A stretch of 46,028 nucleotides of DNA from a virus (taxonomy: Duplodnaviria; Caudoviricetes), in IMG/VR virus record IMGVR_UViG_3300031963_000269, positions 1 to 46,028 of that record, one strand, 5' to 3'. The translations under genes and the position numbers were made by a program. Within the stretch, counting starts at the first letter, position 1. The number at the start of each line of letters is the position of its first letter. Shown here piece by piece: positions 25,060 through 33,180 of the stretch. The notes beneath the pieces were generated by a model. It made no database searches. It was not told the origin of the DNA and worked only from the letters and a program-made list of their open reading frames with translations.

Positions 25060-26781
25060 CTAGAAGTCATCAGCAACTTTGTACGTTCCAGTCACCTTTT
25101 CATAATTCAATTGGGTTTCGCCCTGTGTTCCAACCCATCGATAGCGACATTTCCAAATTGCAATTTCAACGTCATTGGTCGGGGTTCGGTGTACGGTCAT
25201 GCCGCAATCAGCCTTTGCCCACCACGCCATTGAGCCACTGATTGCCATGCCATCAGGACGAGGTAAATCCATGCCTGAGCGTGTTATTTTGGCTGGGTGA
25301 GCCACAAACCACACATGAACTCCATAAGCCTTTGCGAACGCTTGTATGCGTGTCAGCATGGATGAAATGAACTCTGTCTCTGCCATGCCTGATTTGTTTT
25401 CGATGTAGTTGTAGGGATCGACTACCAGCCCCCTGATGCCCATGCGAACAACTGCAATCCTTGCCCTGTCCAGTATCGAATCAATTGATGCTGGCTCAAC
25501 GCCCTCTGAATCTAAAAATAAAAAATGTTGTTGAACCCAATCGAACGCATCCTTGCGGTCGTCCTCCGTCATCCTATTTGTACCCTCAAAGAATCGCTTC
25601 TCTTTGTAGATTTCCATCAGTCGTGAAATGTGAATCTCTGGAGCGTTCTCAAACGAACAAAGGGCGAACTTCCAATCATGTGATCGTCCAAGGTTGACCA
25701 TCAACTGGTCAACGAAATTTGATTTGCCGCTGGATGGGTAGCCTGTCACGATGGTGAGTTGACCTTCAGCCACGGTGTAAATCTGATCCACGTTTGAATA
25801 CCCTGTCGATGTTCCTCGTCCAGTGCCTTTGCTCCATAGATCGTTTAAACGGTCTTCAAACTTTGTGGCGGATGACAAACCAGCAACTGGGTAAGGCTCT
25901 GCCTTGTCAATTATTTCTTTGACCTTTGTCGCCCCCTCTGCGAGGAATGCCTCGTTTAAATCTTTGAAGTCTGACTTGGCGATGCGGCACTTGTCTTTGC
26001 CTATGCGCCTTGCCAATTCTTCTGCAAGAGCTTGACCAGCGGTGTCGGTGTCAACTGCAATCACAACGTAGGGTAGCTTTTCAATTGTCTCAAATGCATC
26101 CCAAATGAAACTGAATTTTTTATCTTCGCTTGGCGCAACCTTGCCATCGTTTACTTTGATGGGAGCGCCAGAGGGAACACTCACCACGTTCTCAATGCCG
26201 CATTCGATCAGCGTCAATGCATCTATTTCGCCCTCTACGATGATCATGGGTTTTGTTGGATCAACCTTGTCAATTGCAAAGAAGACATGAGTGCCGCCTG
26301 TGTCTTGCGTGAAGTCCTTCGATTCAATGCTTCGATACTTGGCGTTGATGTACTGACCATTCTTGAAATAAGGAAAGCCGATTGCATCGGTTTGCTTTTG
26401 CAGTCGATTGAAATATTTATTTGCCGCAAACAACTTCATGTCAAGGGCGGTCTGTTCTGATATGCCTCGTGTTTTCAAAAATGCAAAGTGCTGTGGCTCA
26501 AGTTGTGTTTGTTGAAAGGCTCTGATTGGAATCACGTTTTGCTCCTGAAGCTTGGGCGGTTGAATGTAGTTGGATGGGAAAAAAACAAAGCCGCCAATGT
26601 GGCAGTGATGGCAGTGGTAAGTCCATCCACGCTCTTTGCGGTGAATGGATAAATCTTGGTCGTTTGTTTTTGAACGCTCACCTGAGCATTCGGGACAAGT
26701 GGCACGTTTTGATACGTCCACATTGAGTGACGCAACGAGTTGGTCGATAGCACTCGTTGCAGATGATCCTGCAAATTTCAT
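25060..26781 (-). CDS. Primase-helicase (T7 gp4/Twinkle-like: Zn finger, TOPRIM, DnaB-type helicase)
   Basis: CPEC...CHHC, IVEGEIDAL, DTDTAG, KDLNE, GYPSSGKS, VVDPYN, VAHP, ISGS motifs. Confidence 0.93.
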   Translation of the reverse strand: MKFAGSSATSAIDQLVASLNVDVSKRATCPECSGERSKTNDQDLSIHRKERGWTYHCHHCHIGGFVFFPSNYIQPPKLQEQNVIPIRAFQQTQLEPQHFAFLKTRGISEQTALDMKLFAANKYFNRLQKQTDAIGFPYFKNGQYINAKYRSIESKDFTQDTGGTHVFFAIDKVDPTKPMIIVEGEIDALTLIECGIENVVSVPSGAPIKVNDGKVAPSEDKKFSFIWDAFETIEKLPYVVIAVDTDTAGQALAEELARRIGKDKCRIAKSDFKDLNEAFLAEGATKVKEIIDKAEPYPVAGLSSATKFEDRLNDLWSKGTGRGTSTGYSNVDQIYTVAEGQLTIVTGYPSSGKSNFVDQLMVNLGRSHDWKFALCSFENAPEIHISRLMEIYKEKRFFEGTNRMTEDDRKDAFDWVQQHFLFLDSEGVEPASIDSILDRARIAVVRMGIRGLVVDPYNYIENKSGMAETEFISSMLTRIQAFAKAYGVHVWFVAHPAKITRSGMDLPRPDGMAISGSMAWWAKADCGMTVHRTPTNDVEIAIWKCRYRWVGTQGETQLNYEKVTGTYKVADDF

Positions 26782-26796
26782 AAGCCTCCTGATGAT

Positions 26797-27072
26797 TTAC
26801 TTTTTCGGTCTGTTCACTTTGACAGTGTGGTCACTGTTGCGAGTGAATGAACGATTCTTTGATGGTGATTTCAATTTCAAGTTTGATGGTGCGTTTGTTC
26901 CTCCTTTGGATAGCGGCACGACATGGTCGATGTCTTTGCCCTTGCGGTCAATACCCTTCTTGTCCATGTCATATCTTGCACGTTCTCTTGCATTGCGTTT
27001 GGGTTGTTCGCCACGCTCAACTTGTTGCTCATATTCTTTTTTGTATGGTCTTGCTTTGTTCACATATGGCAT
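26797..27072 (-). CDS. HNH endonuclease-like protein
   Basis: DIDHVVPLSKGGTN..SNL...KNRS. Confidence 0.8.
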   Translation of the reverse strand: MPYVNKARPYKKEYEQQVERGEQPKRNARERARYDMDKKGIDRKGKDIDHVVPLSKGGTNAPSNLKLKSPSKNRSFTRNSDHTVKVNRPKK

Positions 27073-27095
27073 GGAATTTCCTGTAAATATTTACT

Positions 27096-27300
27096 CTTTG
27101 CGCTCCCTTTTGGGGGAGCGCAAGGCGCACCTAGCCTATCCTAGATGTGCCTTCACGCATGATGCGCCCCGACAGACTTCTCGTGCAAGGGACTCTGTCT
27201 TCGCCATCCCCTCTGGTGTCTAATGCACTTCCAACAGTACCAGCAATACACCTCTTGACCCTGTTGTCAATTTCTCCCAACGATCAAAAGAGGATTGCAG
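27096..27300 (-). ncRNA. Candidate structured RNA upstream of HNH/primase-helicase
   Basis: Consecutive stems CCUCUU/AAGAGG, CUGGU/ACCAG, GACAGA/UCUGUC, AAGGC..CUAG/CUAG..GCCUU and UUGCGCUCCC/GGGAGCGCAA in a gap with no credible gene. Confidence 0.45.
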
Positions 27301-27410
27301 TTTAAGCCATGAAAGAGGGGCGACACAATGGGGTAAACGCAAAATATTTTTGCGATGCGTTTAAACTTGCTTCATGCAATGCCACGGCGCTTCACCCGGG
27401 ATCATCAGCC

Positions 27411-27442
27411 AAAAAAAAGGGAGATGCGTTTAAACATCTCCC
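27411..27442 (-). terminator. Intrinsic terminator whose hairpin contains GTTTAAAC
   Basis: GGGAGATG-TTTAAACG-CATCTCCC followed by T8. Confidence 0.8.
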
Positions 27443-27519
27443 AAAGAATTGCCGCAAGAAAGCAGAAAACGAACGGCAACTGCCAATGCATTATTCCAAA
27501 AATATTTTGCGAACGAGTG

Positions 27520-27547
27520 TTGACACGCTTGATGGGGGAGCTACAAT
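27520..27547 (+). promoter_or_regulatory. Strong sigma70-type promoter driving a small RNA
   Basis: TTGACA-16bp-TACAAT; terminator about 55 bp downstream. Confidence 0.75.
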
Positions 27548-27553
27548 TCATGC

Positions 27554-27629
27554 ACCTAGACATGATTAAGCCTCCTGTATAGCAGATCGAAAGATCGGTA
27601 GAAGCCACCCTTGCGGTGGCTTTTATTTT
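27554..27629 (+). ncRNA. Candidate about 75-nt sRNA with anti-Shine-Dalgarno seed UAAGCCUCCUG
   Basis: Own promoter, GAUC-GAAA-GAUC hairpin, terminator AAGCCACC-CTTGC-GGTGGCTTTT; seed complementary to several phage RBSs. Confidence 0.65.
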
Positions 27630-27991
27630 GCCTGTATGGGGCTGACCTCAATCTCGCAACGAGAGTTCTCTTTGTCTACACCCATCCAATAGATGTGCTT
27701 CTCTTTCACTTGCCTGTCGTTGAGATACGCAACGTCCTGTAGCAAGTCCAAGATCAACGACTCATCCAAGTCAGGTCGCCTTGATGCATACCAAATGCGA
27801 ATGGTTACCGCAACATCCTCGCTGATGAACTTCAACAAGGGCGGCACAACAGCTTGCTGTTTAAACGACTTGGCATAGCCCAATGCTTTTGCGGATTTGA
27901 TGAACATTGACTTGCCATTGACCATCACCGCTCTGCGACTGTTTGCCTTGCTTGCGGGTTCGCCATAAATTTTCAACAAAAGTGTTTGCAT
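27623..27991 (-). CDS. rusA: RusA-like Holliday junction resolvase
   Basis: GEPASKAN, RPDLD...ILDLLQ...YLNDRQV, C-terminal EIEV. Confidence 0.8.
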   Translation of the reverse strand: MQTLLLKIYGEPASKANSRRAVMVNGKSMFIKSAKALGYAKSFKQQAVVPPLLKFISEDVAVTIRIWYASRRPDLDESLILDLLQDVAYLNDRQVKEKHIYWMGVDKENSRCEIEVSPIQAK

Positions 27992-28014
27992 GGTTTATTT
28001 TCTCGTGTTAGCAT
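27986..28014 (+). promoter_or_regulatory. Sigma70-type promoter of the recombination operon
   Basis: TTGCAT-17bp-TAGCAT with TGn extension. Confidence 0.7.
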
Positions 28015-28047
28015 AAGCGTTCGCATTTTATCAACCAAGGAGGCTCA

Positions 28048-28938
28048 ATGAAAATTACGAACAAGTTTGGTTTGCCAGCGCCACTATACGCTCTTGCGAA
28101 CAAACAGTACTACAGCAAAGGTGACGCTGATTACTCAGTCACCGAAATCATTTCACCGCCTCGCATTCAGCGGCTACGCAAGAAGCACGATCACGAAATG
28201 GAAACGGATGTCACCGATCTGTGGTGGTCAATCGTTGGCTCTGCCCTGCACGTTGTGATGGAGCGTTCTGTTGTTGACAACTATAAGAACGAAGAGCGTC
28301 TCACCACCGAGATCAATGGCGTTCGCTTGTCGGGTGCAATTGATGTTCAGCAGATTGAGAGTGACGGCATCACGATCATGGACTACAAGTTCACTTCAGC
28401 ATGGGCGCTGATGAACGAGAAGCCTGAGTGGTCAATGCAACAAAACATTTATGGTCGCCTTGTTCAAAAGGTTAAGGGCGAGAACGTCAAGGGCTTGAAG
28501 ATCATTGCTGTCGTTCGTGATTGGTCGAGGCGTGAGGCAGAGAGAAAGCCAACCTACCCACAAGCCCCACTCCAGATGGTGGACATTCCTTTGTGGGAAG
28601 AAAGCTTCACAGATCAATTCATTGAGAGGCGCATTGAGTTGCACCGTGACTCCAAGGTCAGTGCCGATTGGGACGATGAGTTACCCCCATGCACAGACGA
28701 AGACCGCTGGATGCGTGACCCCAAATTTGCAGTCAAGAAAGAAGGTCGCAAGACTGCCGTTCGTGTTTTTGACACGATGACCGAAGCAAGCGAGTTGTTG
28801 GCAACACTGCCAGCAAAAGACAAAGGGTTCATAGAAATCCGCAAAGCCGAACCTGTGCGCTGTACGCAAGATTATTGCGGTGTCAGCAAGTGGTGTTCAC
28901 AGTATCAATCCTATTTAAAGGAGCAGGAAAATGAGTGA
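28048..28938 (+). CDS. PD-(D/E)XK exonuclease (RecB/Cas4-like)
   Basis: GSALH, E, LSGAID, IMDYKFTS, QQNIY, C-terminal RCTQDYCGVSKWC. Confidence 0.85.
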   Translation: MKITNKFGLPAPLYALANKQYYSKGDADYSVTEIISPPRIQRLRKKHDHEMETDVTDLWWSIVGSALHVVMERSVVDNYKNEERLTTEINGVRLSGAIDVQQIESDGITIMDYKFTSAWALMNEKPEWSMQQNIYGRLVQKVKGENVKGLKIIAVVRDWSRREAERKPTYPQAPLQMVDIPLWEESFTDQFIERRIELHRDSKVSADWDDELPPCTDEDRWMRDPKFAVKKEGRKTAVRVFDTMTEASELLATLPAKDKGFIEIRKAEPVRCTQDYCGVSKWCSQYQSYLKEQENE

Positions 28939-29683
28939 GTTAGGAATTCGTGAGAACAGCCCTAGCGGCGGCGACAGCCATCCATCGCATTCGCATGAAT
29001 TGGTTTCGTTGGCTATGCAGGGTAAGCGTGGGGTGCGTGGGGTGCTTGCCCGACTGATTGCCGCAAGAGAAGAGTTTCAGAGATTGCCAATCAAGAAGTC
29101 GGGTCACAACAAGTTTGCTGGCTACAGCTACTTTGAGCTTGGTGACTTCTTGCCAACCATCCAGCAAATGTTTAACAAGTGGGGCTTGGTGGATGTCATC
29201 AGCTTCACGCCTGAGATGGCAACGATGACTGTCTACGATGTGATCGATGGATCGTCCGTGACGTTTACATCGCCTATGGCTGACGCTCAACTCAAAGGCT
29301 GTCACCCCATTCAGAATCTGGGCGCTGTTGAAACCTATCAGCGGAGATACCTTTATGTCACAGCGATGGCTATCGTTGAGCATGATGCGCTTGAGAGCGT
29401 GACAGGCTCTCCACAAGGCCAGCCAGCAGGAGAGGTAATCCAGCCAGTTCCCTCCAAGAAGCAATCCGCTGGAAACAGCGACTCAAGACTTTTTGTTGAG
29501 GGTTTGGTTGAGCTTGCTCAGGCAAGCACAGGACTCACAGACCTCGCCAATCTGTGGAAGCAAAACCAAAGGCGAATCGATCAGATAAAAGCTGAAGAGC
29601 CTAGTCTGTTCAAAGGACTGCAAATAGCATTTGCAGAAATCAAAAAGCAACTTTCATCAAGCATTGGAGCATCAAATGAATAA
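28931..29683 (+). CDS. erf: ERF-family ssDNA-annealing protein
   Basis: KKSGHNKFAGYSYFELGDF and IQNLGAVETYQRRYL...IVEHD signatures. Confidence 0.88.
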   Translation: MSELGIRENSPSGGDSHPSHSHELVSLAMQGKRGVRGVLARLIAAREEFQRLPIKKSGHNKFAGYSYFELGDFLPTIQQMFNKWGLVDVISFTPEMATMTVYDVIDGSSVTFTSPMADAQLKGCHPIQNLGAVETYQRRYLYVTAMAIVEHDALESVTGSPQGQPAGEVIQPVPSKKQSAGNSDSRLFVEGLVELAQASTGLTDLANLWKQNQRRIDQIKAEEPSLFKGLQIAFAEIKKQLSSSIGASNE

Positions 29684-29981
29684 ACCTGTTTACAACAAAC
29701 CGTATGAAGTGAAGCCGAACTCAGGCTCACTCCGCAAAACAGAAATCAAGAAGCGGCAAGAGTCGCCCGATTACTTTGGCTCGTTTAAACTTGATTTGAA
29801 TGGCCTCGAGGTAAAGGGAAACATTGTCGAGTTCAAACTCTCAGGCTGGAAATCTGTTGATGCATCTGGCAAAAGCTTTTTGTCTTTGAAGCTCAACAAC
29901 TACAAGGCAGATGAAGAGCAAGCCCCACAACAACGCAAAGCACCACAACCCGAGGAGCAAGACGATGACCACCCATTCTGA
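29676..29981 (+). CDS. SSB-like protein
   Basis: NSGSL...PDYFG...LSGW...FLSLK and acidic-aromatic tail DDDHPF; follows erf. Confidence 0.7.
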   Translation: MNKPVYNKPYEVKPNSGSLRKTEIKKRQESPDYFGSFKLDLNGLEVKGNIVEFKLSGWKSVDASGKSFLSLKLNNYKADEEQAPQQRKAPQPEEQDDDHPF

Positions 29982-30441
29982 AGCAAGCATTGAAATGTTC
30001 CCCTCAAATGGCGGCAAGAAAAAGCGAGTCCTTACCGAGAAGCAATATGCCGAGGCGGTAGAGAGGGCGAGAATCGCAAGGGAAGGAAGACAAAAGGCAA
30101 TAGCTAAACGCAAAAACGCAGAGGCTCAAAGAAGATACAGGGCAAAACTTCTTCAGGAGAAGAATGATCGGGAAAATTCTCTTAATAATGTAGCCAAAAT
30201 GGTGAAAGCCGCCACTGGCAACCCACAGAAGCCAGAAGCGCCTTGGATGCCTCCTCCCGCCCCACCTGCACCAGAGCCAAAAGTTGTTCCATCTACAGAT
30301 GCACTTGAAGCAAAGATCAGGAGCCTTGAGCATCAAGCCGCTCAGTATCGGGTTGTGATTGACTACCTTGAGTCAAAGCTTGCGCACACAGCGGAGACTC
30401 TGTCCATCATCAACCGCAAAAGAATCGGAGCGCCATTCTGA
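29965..30441 (+). CDS. Hypothetical coiled-coil protein
   Basis: GAGGAG RBS before ATG 29965; basic helix, Pro-rich linker, coiled coil. Confidence 0.65.
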   Translation: MTTHSEASIEMFPSNGGKKKRVLTEKQYAEAVERARIAREGRQKAIAKRKNAEAQRRYRAKLLQEKNDRENSLNNVAKMVKAATGNPQKPEAPWMPPPAPPAPEPKVVPSTDALEAKIRSLEHQAAQYRVVIDYLESKLAHTAETLSIINRKRIGAPF

Positions 30442-30845
30442 TGAATGCGTTGCAATTTGAAGGCGTGAAGATTGCCCTCAAACAGGATAGGACTGGTTAC
30501 GTCTTGACGCTAACCATCCATCCTGACGAAATCCCTGACGAGTTGCTTAGGGATTTTGTAGGGACAAGGTATGGCGTTGCTATGGTTCGCATTGAGTCTG
30601 ATGAAACGGCAAGGGTGTACGACAACCGAGTCAAGAGTGCTGGAAAGCTTTGCAGAAGCAAGGAGTTTCAGGATTGGGTTGGGGTGCAACTTGATTTAAA
30701 CATCGTGCTTGAGGAGACGGCAATCAATTACCTGTACAGCAGATGCGGTATTGCATCAAGAACCGAACTCAATGGAAACACTGAGGCTCAACAAAAGTTT
30801 GATGAGATGCTGGAGGAATATGAGCAATCCCAAGAGTCGTTTTAA
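30441..30845 (+). CDS. Conserved hypothetical phage protein
   Basis: QFEGVKIALKQD...HPDEIP...AGKLCR..EFQ...CGIASRTEL. Confidence 0.75.
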   Translation: MNALQFEGVKIALKQDRTGYVLTLTIHPDEIPDELLRDFVGTRYGVAMVRIESDETARVYDNRVKSAGKLCRSKEFQDWVGVQLDLNIVLEETAINYLYSRCGIASRTELNGNTEAQQKFDEMLEEYEQSQESF

Positions 30846-31137
30846 AACCATCGTCCCTTTGATGGTTTACCTTGAGCCAGATCAACCGTTGCGGCTAAAG
30901 CTGTATGCGGTTGACCGAAACCTTTCGGTAAGTCAAGTTGCAAGGGATGCGTTCAATGCGTTTATGTCTCCATCGAATGATCCATTTCACCAAGGCTACA
31001 ACGCTGGCATTGATGCGGCAATTCAAATCGTCAAAGGCACAGAGGGTGCAAAGATGATGTTCCCATCAGGCAAGTCGTTTGGTCAGTTGGTATGCGATCA
31101 ACTCTTGCAGTTTAAACGCAGTAAGGGGGTCAAATGA
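30820..31137 (+). CDS. Putative ribbon-helix-helix DNA-binding protein
   Basis: GGAGG RBS; PLMVYL...RLKLYA...SVSQVARDA. Confidence 0.6.
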   Translation: MSNPKSRFKTIVPLMVYLEPDQPLRLKLYAVDRNLSVSQVARDAFNAFMSPSNDPFHQGYNAGIDAAIQIVKGTEGAKMMFPSGKSFGQLVCDQLLQFKRSKGVK

Positions 31138-31346
31138 ATGAAGAGCATCAGGAAAACCTGCGTGACTTGGCGGCAATGTTTGCACTGAACGCCCTCATTC
31201 AGCGGCCTGAGATAAGCCTAGCTTCATCAGCCGAGAGAAGGGCTAACCTTTGTATGTCGGCATACGAATGGGCTGATTCCCTGATGTCCACCAAAGATGG
31301 ATTGAATGGCGTTGGCATCGCCTCTGCGAAGCGTAAGCGCAAATGA
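31134..31346 (+). CDS. Hypothetical protein (LRD..A...AY..AD.M family)
   Basis: Motif shared with the flanks of 32187..32627. Confidence 0.65.
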   Translation: MNEEHQENLRDLAAMFALNALIQRPEISLASSAERRANLCMSAYEWADSLMSTKDGLNGVGIASAKRKRK

Positions 31347-31528
31347 ACAAGGCCGAGCATTTTGAAGAGACAGCCCAATGGATTGCCAAGTTGGCTATGA
31401 CAAAGGGCTGGCTCGACTATGCAAGAGGTCGTTGTAAAGAGTTGGAAAAAGATGAGTCAGGTTTGTACGTTGGACTTGGCAAACGAATCAAAGAAATCAT
31501 AGAAGGTTTAAACAAGGAGGCGACATGA
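31343..31528 (+). CDS. Hypothetical protein
   Basis: ATGA overlaps at both ends. Confidence 0.65.
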   Translation: MNKAEHFEETAQWIAKLAMTKGWLDYARGRCKELEKDESGLYVGLGKRIKEIIEGLNKEAT

Positions 31529-31854
31529 AAGATGACACAAATTTTAACGGCAACACAAAGAAACTTTTTGACTTGTCAATATTTAACAGGGTTAGAAGTT
31601 CAGACCCTATAACGAGCCATGAGGCCGCTGATGCCGCCAAGGACTTAGCATCCAAGCACTTTGGCATTATTGTGGGTTGTTTAAAGGCTCATGGTGCGCT
31701 TGGGAAAGATGGGATAGCCACGCATAGTGGGCTAGAGCCTAATCAGGTTGCAAGACGCTTAAATGAGCTGGAGAAGATGAGCCTAATTGAGTTGACTGGC
31801 AAAACAGTTAAGTCTTCATCGGGTCGCAATGAGCGTGAATGGAGGGCAATCTAA
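31525..31854 (+). CDS. Winged-helix DNA-binding protein
   Basis: RSSDPITSHEAA...IATHSGL..NQVARRLNELEK..LI...SGR.ER.W. Confidence 0.72.
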   Translation: MKDDTNFNGNTKKLFDLSIFNRVRSSDPITSHEAADAAKDLASKHFGIIVGCLKAHGALGKDGIATHSGLEPNQVARRLNELEKMSLIELTGKTVKSSSGRNEREWRAI

Positions 31855-31973
31855 TGTGGGATGTACTTGTTACTGTGACCTTGATGTTGTTTGGAGCTTT
31901 CATGGTAGTGGTTGTTGGCGCAGTGTTCATTGCGGCAATTTATTTTTTACAAAATGGGGGCAGGGATGATTGA
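31854..31973 (+). CDS. Small membrane peptide (39 aa)
   Basis: Read manually: MWDVLVTVTLMLFGAFMVVVVGAVFIAAIYFLQNGGRDD; GGAGG RBS, TAATG overlap. Confidence 0.6.
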   Translation: MWDVLVTVTLMLFGAFMVVVVGAVFIAAIYFLQNGGRDD

Positions 31974-32190
31974 ACCGACAACACCAGAAGAGGACGAGGC
32001 GTTCAACGAAATTGAGCGCCAAGCCAAACAACGCATGGCGGCGGTCAATGCCGCATTTGATGAGCAGTACCCCATTTGGAAGCGCAATCAAGTCATTGAA
32101 GAGGTAGCACAGCACATTGAGAAGTTGACTGGCTTTGGTCAGGACACTATCAGCAGTTTTACAATTTTTATTAGGGGCATGAAAAAATGA
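31966..32190 (+). CDS. Hypothetical protein
   Basis: MIEPTTPEEDEAFNEIE...RNQVIEEVA...FGQDTISSF; coupled overlaps. Confidence 0.68.
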   Translation: MIEPTTPEEDEAFNEIERQAKQRMAAVNAAFDEQYPIWKRNQVIEEVAQHIEKLTGFGQDTISSFTIFIRGMKK

Positions 32191-32627
32191 ACAACCCACC
32201 AGCATTTCCAGTTTTGATTGTTGACCGACCAGAAGAACTAACCCACTTCAACGGCATGACATTGCGTGACTATTTTGCGGCAAAGGCTATGCAAAAAATT
32301 CTGCCTGATTCTTATGAAATGCCAAAAAAAATTGACCCAATTTTTTTTAGAACAGTTGAGACGCTTAAATTTAACACTAGGATTACAAATTGTTTAAAGG
32401 CTAAAAATATTTTTTACATAAAAGATTTGATTAGAGAAACCGACTACAGCTTGAGTAAAGTTGAAAATCTGGGTCATGTAAGCCTTCAAGAAATTATTGA
32501 TGGTTTAAACGCCGTTGGTCTTCATTTAGGTTGGCAATTTAATGAAATAAATTCTTTGTTTTTTGATGAGGTCGCCTGTATTTCATATGCAGTAGCAGAC
32601 GCAATGTTGAAAGCAAGAGAGATATGA
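32187..32627 (+). CDS. Small phage protein with an inserted RNA polymerase alpha-CTD-like domain
   Basis: Flanks GMTLRDYFAAKAMQ and SYAVADAMLKAR enclose IDPIFFRTVETLKFNTRITNCLKAKNIFYIKDLI...NLGHVSLQEI...GLHLG. Confidence 0.82.
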   Translation: MNNPPAFPVLIVDRPEELTHFNGMTLRDYFAAKAMQKILPDSYEMPKKIDPIFFRTVETLKFNTRITNCLKAKNIFYIKDLIRETDYSLSKVENLGHVSLQEIIDGLNAVGLHLGWQFNEINSLFFDEVACISYAVADAMLKAREI

Positions 32628-32845
32628 GTTTCAGATCAACAACAATTAAATACATCAAAGAAGTGATGAGGGCAAGGACTATTCATGAAGTCATTGCCGC
32701 TGAACTGCGTGAAGCACACCTGCGCAAGCTGGAAGCTGAGACTGCGGCTGAGTACGCCAATGCGGCTATTCAATACAACGAACAGCGCATTGCACGGCTG
32801 ATGGCAAGACTGACTGAACATACAGAAGAAGGGGACTACGCATGA
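32624..32845 (+). CDS. Hypothetical coiled-coil protein
   Basis: ELREAHLRKLEAETAAEYA...RIARL; coupled overlaps. Confidence 0.68.
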   Translation: MSFRSTTIKYIKEVMRARTIHEVIAAELREAHLRKLEAETAAEYANAAIQYNEQRIARLMARLTEHTEEGDYA

Positions 32846-33180
32846 CGCAAGATGAAGTACTTAATCTGGCAAGAGAGGCTGATGGACAAGTGACGATGTG
32901 GGTCAATCACAGCACGATTCAAAAGACTACAACATTTACATTTGAGTCACCCATTGATTACCGTGTCAGCGGCGACTACCCCGAGATGTACCACATCAAA
33001 TTCTTGGAAAGGTTTGCCAAACTTGTAGCCGCCAAAGCAACAGCCGTTGAAAGAGAAGCCTGTGCAAAGGTGTGTGATGCCAAGGTTAACGCCGAATATG
33101 CCACAGGCAAGGTAGACCATAACGAGATGGGCTGGACTCAATCATGCGCCATCGCAATCAGAGCCAGAGGTAAAGCATGA
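32842..33180 (+). CDS. EREACAK-motif phage protein 1
   Basis: MTQDE...LERFAKLV...EREACAK...AIRARG. Confidence 0.7.
   Translation: MTQDEVLNLAREADGQVTMWVNHSTIQKTTTFTFESPIDYRVSGDYPEMYHIKFLERFAKLVAAKATAVEREACAKVCDAKVNAEYATGKVDHNEMGWTQSCAIAIRARGKA

Noticed and set aside
27375-27408. Minus-strand CTGATGA-TCCCGGGT-GAAG as a hammerhead
   Set aside because: GAAG instead of GAAA, poor stem II and no stem I
28048-28938. Cas4-like nuclease as part of a CRISPR system
   Set aside because: It sits with erf and an SSB-like gene, the usual phage recombination module; no array or other cas genes
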